The notes under the pieces are model-generated. The model made no database searches. It was not told the origin of the DNA and worked only from the letters and a program-made list of their open reading frames with translations. Of a DNA stretch of 64,000 bases, positions 58,658-64,000 are shown piece after piece. The position numbers and the translations under genes are program-made. The stretch lies in the NCBI GenBank assembly GCA_000002435.2, contig CM018789.1, one strand, 5' to 3'. The DNA is from Giardia intestinalis. Its lineage: Eukaryota. The number at the start of each line of letters is the position of its first letter. The first letter of the stretch is position 1.

Positions 58658-59698
58658 CTAAACATGGGCATATAACAAAGCAGTAAATAAACAGGCCAAG
58701 CAGATAGCCAGGATCCCAGAAGTCCCCAGAACATGAAATGTATCGACCAGGATACCTATAGTATTGCGATCACTCATATTAATGTATGCGATAACATCGG
58801 ATGCGACCATACTTTCCCCATAATGCTTGTATGCGGCTCTGGATGCCCTTCTGGTTAGGATTGCAGCCCTCTCACATATAGATAGAGCAGACTCATCGAC
58901 AGACCTAGCCAGAAGAGCAGCTAGGATGCCTGCAAGGATATCTCCCTGGCCTGCAGACCGTTTTGGTTGTCCCCTCTCTGTGACTACACGTGCAGCATCG
59001 CACGGATTCGGAGAAACCACTACGTCCACCACACCCTTGATCAAGATAACAACTCCCAACTTTTTGGATAATTGCGTAGGCTCATTTGTGAGTGCATTGT
59101 AGTACTTTCTCCCTCTTTTGACCAAGCCTTTTAAAGCTATGAACCCCAGTGCAATCCCCGACCAATTGGATGTAAGGCTTTTCCCTAATACACTTATTGT
59201 CTTCTCATACTGTGAAGGATACGAATTAAAGACGCTATGATAGAGGTGCTTAAACTCAGCATAGTTGGGGGTGATTATTGATTGTGCTGCACTGAGCTGA
59301 TTGAGTAAGCCGCTTGTGACAACATCCTGTTGCTTAAGAAGCATGCAAACTATACGAATAGCATCTGCATCCAGTAAGAGCCGTGATGGCTTTGTGGACA
59401 TGACATCCGTGAATAGCGCAACAGACTCCTCCTCTGTGTCCAAGCCGGGACCTATAAGTATATTAGTATAATGAATATCTTTCCAGGTATCTAAGCAACT
59501 AGATACGATAAAGTTTGGAGAGGCTGAAGCAACAATTTGTGAATTGGACCCTCGCACAAGCAAGTAGCAGTAATCTGCCCCTGCCCGAAGACACGACAAC
59601 CCTGCAAGGATTGGAGCCCCGTGATATTTAGGGGAGCCTGCAATTAAAAGCGGCCGCCCACGTTGACCCTTGTGCAAGGTATATCTGAGCCTCTGCAT
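58658..59698 (-). CDS. NAXD: ATP-dependent (S)-NAD(P)H-hydrate dehydratase (YjeF C-terminal domain, NAXD/CARKD), 346 aa.
   Basis: [39 protein letters not shown] vs human [61 protein letters not shown] (TPNHVEFSRLY) and [17 protein letters not shown] (RRCGGQGDLLSGSLGVL). Confidence 0.7.
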   Translation of the reverse strand: [346 protein letters not shown]

Positions 59699-59710
59699 TT
59701 TAAAATTCTC
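59699..59710. promoter_or_regulatory. 12-bp A/T-rich spacer tttaaaattctc between the divergent NAXD (-) and katanin p80 (+) start codons; presumed bidirectional initiator.
   Basis: Minus ATG at 59698..59696 and plus ATG at 59711. The same TTTAAAA-type element precedes the ATGs at 19388, 30412, 35690, 39579 and 54722. Confidence 0.4.
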
Positions 59711-61672
59711 ATGACAGACTTACAGTCCTTTTACCATAGCTCGGTTCAGCCCAAAGGTGGAGACATTGTTGTTGCAACCCTAGGTAATAGCGGGTCTACC
59801 TTTGCTGTTGCCACGGCAAAGCGAATGGTGTCTGTGTATGTTCTTGGCCAATCTGAGCCTACGCTGACATTTAAAGACTTCAACAGTGATGCAACGTCCA
59901 TCCTGTTCAGTTACGATGAGTCTTTATTGGCCCTAGGGACAATGGGAGGTTCTGTCCATGTTTATGATTTGAAAGCAAAGTCATGTTATTGGAGATTTTC
60001 AGCGCACAAGTCATACATTACAGCTATGGCCTTCACACAATCAGGCATGTTTCTCGCGACAGGCAGTATTGACGGGAGCATTCATATTTGGGACACGTCC
60101 AAGCGGGGAAAACTGCAGGATATAGCGAGTTGCAATTCTCAGCCTATTGTTCCTCCAACTGGTATTAAGGGCTCTGCCAGACTAACGTCAGTAGTCAACG
60201 ATCCTGCCATAACAGCCCTGACCTTCCCATCTAGTGGGGCCTTCCTCTTCATTGGGGATGCAGCAGGGCGGATATTTATTTGGAATACAGTTTCTCTTGC
60301 CTTTATCCAAGAGCTGATGGCCACCAGTCGGTCAGGTAATAGTAGCGAAGACCTATCACTTACTAATCCTCATATAAGTCAGAATAGCAACCAACTGCTT
60401 CAAATTACCAAGGTCAGCATAAAGCATATCACTGCTCATGATGAGCACAAGATCATTGCCGTCTGCGACGGAGAGAAGGTAACGTACTGGGATGTAGGAG
60501 CTTTTTCTGAAATCACTAAAGAAAACAGGGCCGGTGGTTGTGATTGGTCCTACTTTATGAATAATTCTGATGTTAGCTTAGTTTTTCATCCTCATGGCAT
60601 GCTCTGTGTGGATTATGAAGCAGAACAGGAGCATGTCTTGAGCTCAGTGCCAGTCAATCTAGACAACCTTTTTTCAGTAGCAATTAGAAGGAGTTCCCGA
60701 TTGCCGCAGGTCGTCATGCTGCTTCTGGAACAATCAACGACACCCAGCGTGAGCATTTGGGTGATTAATTTGAAGTATGTTGAACCATTTAAGACCTTGT
60801 ATGCCCATCTGATAGGTGACAAAGCCACAGAAGGGGGCAAACCCATGAAGAAGTCATCTGACACAGCATCTACAGCGAGCATACAGCAGCCCAAGCCAGC
60901 AGAAAAGCGGCAAAAGCCTCCACAATCAACCTCAGTGGTTCCTGCACCGAACCCCAATGGTAGAAATCGTCCACATGAGAAAGACGACAAAAGGCCTGCA
61001 GAACCCAAGAGGACATCAGCAAGTGCTACGCCAGAGTCGGATACCATAGCTCAGCCAACGGTGTACTCTGTATTTGATTACAACAAAATTCAACGGAAAC
61101 CAGGTGATACAGATGAGATGCTGTCTGTTTTATTAGGCAACACAGAGATAATAGAGTCCATGGAACATAAAAGCATCATTGTGGGAGTGTTTAGTGATTT
61201 GTGGCATGAGGGAAACATTAAGGTGGCCATTGAAACCCTACTCCAAGAAAAGGATATGCGTGTGGTTTGTGACGTTCTTAAGAAAATAGACGCCAGAAAT
61301 GGTATTAGCATAAGCGACATACTTCCAGTCCTTATCCACTTTTCTGCGTCTATCGAACATGCCATTGCATCTAAAGATCCATCTATCACGGCCATTTACA
61401 ATGCCACCGATAGCATGTCTCTATCGGTCAATTATGCAAAGATCTTCTCACAGGTTGTCTTTAGTACAATTCAAGCCTATAGCCGGACCAGTGCCAACGC
61501 CAACGATGTCGCTCTGGAGGATAGGTACGACAACTGCATCAAGTTCTTCGAGTCCATGTGCACAATAAAAGGGCTCTGTGAAGATGCTAGTGTACAGAGC
61601 ACAAGCTCCAAAATTAAAGCTAGTGCAAAGGCTTCTGCAGCTACACTACGCGATCTACGGTTCACCAAGTAA
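59711..61672 (+). CDS. KATNB1: Katanin p80 (KATNB1)-like WD40 subunit, ~653 aa. The track start at 59663 is a TTG; the first ATG is at 59711.
   Basis: An N-terminal 6-7 WD40 repeats (VHVYDLKAKSCYWRFSAHKSYITAMAF, GSIHIWDTS...), a Pro/Lys-rich linker, and a C-terminal EMLSVLLGNTEIIESMEHKSIIVGVFSDLWHEGNIKVAIETLLQEKDMRVVCDVLKKI resembling the KATNB1 con80 ([59 protein letters not shown]). Confidence 0.6.
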   Translation: MTDLQSFYHSSVQPKGGDIVVATLGNSGSTFAVATAKRMVSVYVLGQSEPTLTFKDFNSDATSILFSYDESLLALGTMGGSVHVYDLKAKSCYWRFSAHKSYITAMAFTQSGMFLATGSIDGSIHIWDTSKRGKLQDIASCNSQPIVPPTGIKGSARLTSVVNDPAITALTFPSSGAFLFIGDAAGRIFIWNTVSLAFIQELMATSRSGNSSEDLSLTNPHISQNSNQLLQITKVSIKHITAHDEHKIIAVCDGEKVTYWDVGAFSEITKENRAGGCDWSYFMNNSDVSLVFHPHGMLCVDYEAEQEHVLSSVPVNLDNLFSVAIRRSSRLPQVVMLLLEQSTTPSVSIWVINLKYVEPFKTLYAHLIGDKATEGGKPMKKSSDTASTASIQQPKPAEKRQKPPQSTSVVPAPNPNGRNRPHEKDDKRPAEPKRTSASATPESDTIAQPTVYSVFDYNKIQRKPGDTDEMLSVLLGNTEIIESMEHKSIIVGVFSDLWHEGNIKVAIETLLQEKDMRVVCDVLKKIDARNGISISDILPVLIHFSASIEHAIASKDPSITAIYNATDSMSLSVNYAKIFSQVVFSTIQAYSRTSANANDVALEDRYDNCIKFFESMCTIKGLCEDASVQSTSSKIKASAKASAATLRDLRFTK

Positions 61673-61790
61673 ATTATGCAACCTTACTATGCAGCAATAT
61701 ATGTAATAAATAAGCCTTTTGTTCCTACTGGCTTGCTATGAAACCGGGAAAGCCCAAAATAAAAATACGAAAACTACCGGGATTCACCAA

Positions 61791-64000
61791 ATGAGTAAGA
61801 CCGATCCTGTTATACTCTATGTGGGGGTAGCAGGGCCCTGTCCTAACTACATCAAGGGAAGCTATATACAAATGTATAAGAGGTCCCAAGCTCGAAATTC
61901 ATCGAACCTTCTACCTACGGTTTTAGCGCGATACCCATCCTCTGACTTGTCAGATTTTCCATTCCCACCTTATATCTACAACTATGTATTCCCTATGGGG
62001 GTTCAAATCCTGTCAGAAAAACCGGTTAAGAAACTCGATCATCACTGTTTCACATACACAACTGCACGGGGAAGACTTGTCTGGGGTATATCTCACCAGT
62101 TTGCATTGCCAATGGGCGATGAAATGCGCGGAATCATACAATCGCAATATGAAGACATTAATGTCACGGTCCAATCATACAGTCTGTACTCTATTTTTGC
62201 CCTTATCACAGAGGGCCACTTATCTAAATTTACCACTATTCTAGGCCAGTTTGCAAGAAGCATCCAGTCAGAGAGGGACTTCCAGGGTGTTTGCATGAAA
62301 ATATATGAGCTTTTCCCATCAAAGAAGAAGTTGCCCTACACTGTTATTATCGATACCGACAAGCAAGTCCAGGCATTTCCGACTGTAGCACTGACTTCAG
62401 CACAGTCAACTAGTGCTGGTTTTACACCAATAACTCAAAGAGTGCACCAGACACCCAAGGAAGTATCAGCTCTATCTCAGGCGGTTATCAATGGTGAAGT
62501 GCTAAAACGAAATTCAGGGCAGAAGAACTCTGAAAAGCTAAAGCTGACTTTCGAGAAGCTTTCTAACAACTGCTTTCCGTCAGTTTCTGTTAATTTTCTG
62601 ACCCTTTTTAGCCACGTTTCTCCCAATGCAATTGTGGACACGTTAGAGGCGCTTCTACAATCTCGAACGGTCTTATTTATTGGGAAATCACTCCACAGGG
62701 TGTCTATGTGTGTCATTGAAATGTGGACTCTTCTTTATCCGTTCTCGTATCCCTTTCCATTCCTCCCTGTCATGTCTGGTCTTCAACTGTACATTTTGCA
62801 CTCCCCCTTTCCAGTGCTTGCGGGCGCTTACAGATCCGTTATAACTGGCAATGCAATATCCCCCCTTCTTCACGTAGTCGATGTGGATACTGGCCGTGTT
62901 GTGCCGCCTTACGAGTTGCTCTCTTCGCAGTACGGTGGCAGGCTGCTTCGCTATGCGCTCCCGCGGGCAGTTATTTCTAGATTTCCAATTGCCTTTTACC
63001 TTGGAGAGGATCATAAGCATGAGAGTAAGCACGCCTCTCGTCATGAAGTAATGCCACATGCGGTCGCTCTTCACAATACATTCAATCTGGAGGGCACTGA
63101 TGAGACCTTAACCATCTCAAATCTTTTTCCAATGGAAAAGAAGGCAACAGCAGGGCAACGGAAAAAAGGCAAAGGTGGAGGCCAGTCTTCTCATACTGAT
63201 ATCACCAGTAATGAGCACTCATTGATCCCAACGGTTTCTAAGGCATATCAAAATCTAAGTGATACCTCTAAAGAACTACAGCAGCTGGTTCCTAACTTTT
63301 TCGGAATCTCTCATTTATGTCGTTTAATAACTATGAACTTTCATTTATTCACACTTTCCAAAATCATTCAAATATCATACGATAGCAACACTCTGCAATC
63401 AGGTATTAACACAAGACAACATGCTTTCCCTCCTCCAGTAGGAAAGGGCATTGCCAGCTATGCAACTAAAGCGCCCCCAGACATGCAAGCGAACAAGCGC
63501 CCTCTTTTATCAAAATCTGTCAATAGCATTGCCAGCGTCGCATCTGTTCATATGGTACCAACAGAGTCATCTAATTCGGGTGATAGCTTTCTAGGAGCAA
63601 TGCAATCCTGTGCAGGAAAGGTGAAACGACAAGTGAAGAAGCGCTTAGCCAAAAAGGAGCAGCGGTGGCGCCATGGAGATAGCTTGATCCTAGATCGTGA
63701 TGGAAAGGTATCTAGTTTACTTAGCACACAATTGCCACAAAACAGTTGTCCGAGACCCTCAGATCAGCGAAAATGTGGAGACTTGAATAGTGCAACTGCT
63801 TCGTCTGTATCGTCATCGAATATTTTTCAGGTTCCATCACTTCCTACTATTATAAAAAAGCGACTCCTTTTACTAATTAATCAAGCAGCTCGTATTTATA
63901 TAGACAAGTCCACTAAGGAGAAGCCTTCTAAAGGGGTAGCAGACACATCGACTACATGTAATCTTCCAAAGATGCCGAGTCACTACGAGCAGAAAATTAA
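61791..64000 (+). CDS. DENN-domain protein (uDENN-DENN), 3'-truncated at the window end with >736 codons open. It is absent from the supplied ORF track because it has no in-window stop.
   Basis: Manual frame-0 translation: MSKTDPVILYVGVAG...DFPFPPYIYNYVFPMGVQIL (uDENN FxxxxFPxG), ...TLEALLQSRTVLFIGKSLHRVSMCVIEMWTLLYPFSYPFPFLPVMSGLQLYILHSPFPVLAGAY (DENN core, LLYPF.W.h.yIPvLP......aP.PfliG). A stop (TAA at 61704) lies upstream and the ATG at 61791 follows an A/T-rich run. Confidence 0.55.
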   Translation, partial: MSKTDPVILYVGVAGPCPNYIKGSYIQMYKRSQARNSSNLLPTVLARYPSSDLSDFPFPPYIYNYVFPMGVQILSEKPVKKLDHHCFTYTTARGRLVWGISHQFALPMGDEMRGIIQSQYEDINVTVQSYSLYSIFALITEGHLSKFTTILGQFARSIQSERDFQGVCMKIYELFPSKKKLPYTVIIDTDKQVQAFPTVALTSAQSTSAGFTPITQRVHQTPKEVSALSQAVINGEVLKRNSGQKNSEKLKLTFEKLSNNCFPSVSVNFLTLFSHVSPNAIVDTLEALLQSRTVLFIGKSLHRVSMCVIEMWTLLYPFSYPFPFLPVMSGLQLYILHSPFPVLAGAYRSVITGNAISPLLHVVDVDTGRVVPPYELLSSQYGGRLLRYALPRAVISRFPIAFYLGEDHKHESKHASRHEVMPHAVALHNTFNLEGTDETLTISNLFPMEKKATAGQRKKGKGGGQSSHTDITSNEHSLIPTVSKAYQNLSDTSKELQQLVPNFFGISHLCRLITMNFHLFTLSKIIQISYDSNTLQSGINTRQHAFPPPVGKGIASYATKAPPDMQANKRPLLSKSVNSIASVASVHMVPTESSNSGDSFLGAMQSCAGKVKRQVKKRLAKKEQRWRHGDSLILDRDGKVSSLLSTQLPQNSCPRPSDQRKCGDLNSATASSVSSSNIFQVPSLPTIIKKRLLLLINQAARIYIDKSTKEKPSKGVADTSTTCNLPKMPSHYEQKI

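Noticed and set aside
61990-62015. tRNA-like T-loop sequence GGGGGTTCAAATCCTGTC.
   Set aside because: A matching acceptor or D/anticodon stem could not be built from the flanking sequence. It lies inside the conserved uDENN motif region of an open reading frame.
11900-64000. Interpretation of the dense same-strand gene runs (for example 14524..16964 on the minus strand) as prokaryotic operons or a defence island.
   Set aside because: Gene content (GINS, V-ATPase H, E2F, katanin, CFAP52, Rpb6, syntaxin, ankyrin/NEK) and VSP hallmarks identify a compact eukaryotic genome. Close spacing is normal for Giardia and does not imply polycistronic operons.

Overview
This window reads as Giardia intestinalis (diplomonad) nuclear DNA, not a prokaryotic island. 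The evidence is a cysteine-rich CXXC surface protein ending in a transmembrane helix plus the invariant CRGKA tail, the VSP 3' element ACTTAGATAGTAAAC (AGTRAAY poly-A signal) just after its stop codon, very short intergenic spacers, A/T-rich initiator stretches (TTTTAAAA-like) directly at start codons, and intron-less eukaryotic genes on both strands. The left 8 kb holds two copies of the same variant-specific surface protein (VSP) gene arranged tail-to-tail as a sequence-identical ~2.4 kb inverted repeat (1..3914 vs 5579..7971). The left copy carries 14 perfect 117-bp (39-aa) tandem repeats and the right copy only one. The arms flank a unique 1.66 kb GC-rich ORF-free spacer, and a 3.85 kb ORF-free AT-richer tract follows. 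From 11.9 kb onward the region is densely packed with housekeeping and cytoskeletal genes. Those I could recognise are listed here. A minimal Spartan/SprT protease sits head-to-head (start codons 4 bp apart) with an Fpg/Nei-family DNA glycosylase. The others are GINS Sld5, an M16 (HxxEH) peptidase, V-ATPase subunit H, a histone-fold protein, a MORN protein, an E2F/DP factor, a KH protein, an NlpC/P60-like papain-fold protein, a GYF protein, CFAP52/WDR16, RNA polymerase subunit Rpb6, a PX protein, a PMM/PGM phosphohexomutase, a syntaxin-like Qa-SNARE, an ankyrin/NEK-like protein, XPF/ERCC4 nuclease, an IQ+AAA (IQCA1/DRC11-like) protein, NAD(P)HX dehydratase, katanin p80, and a 3'-truncated DENN-domain gene running off the window end. 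The supplied ORF track omits that last gene, and it accepts GTG/TTG starts, so several of its N-termini are redrawn here. No rRNA, tRNA, CRISPR array or recognisable mobile element could be supported. The most unusual structure is the perfect convergent VSP inverted repeat. Read-through transcription from either side would make a >2 kb hairpin RNA, which bears directly on RNAi-based VSP silencing. All functional calls rest on by-eye motif recognition and carry stated uncertainty.
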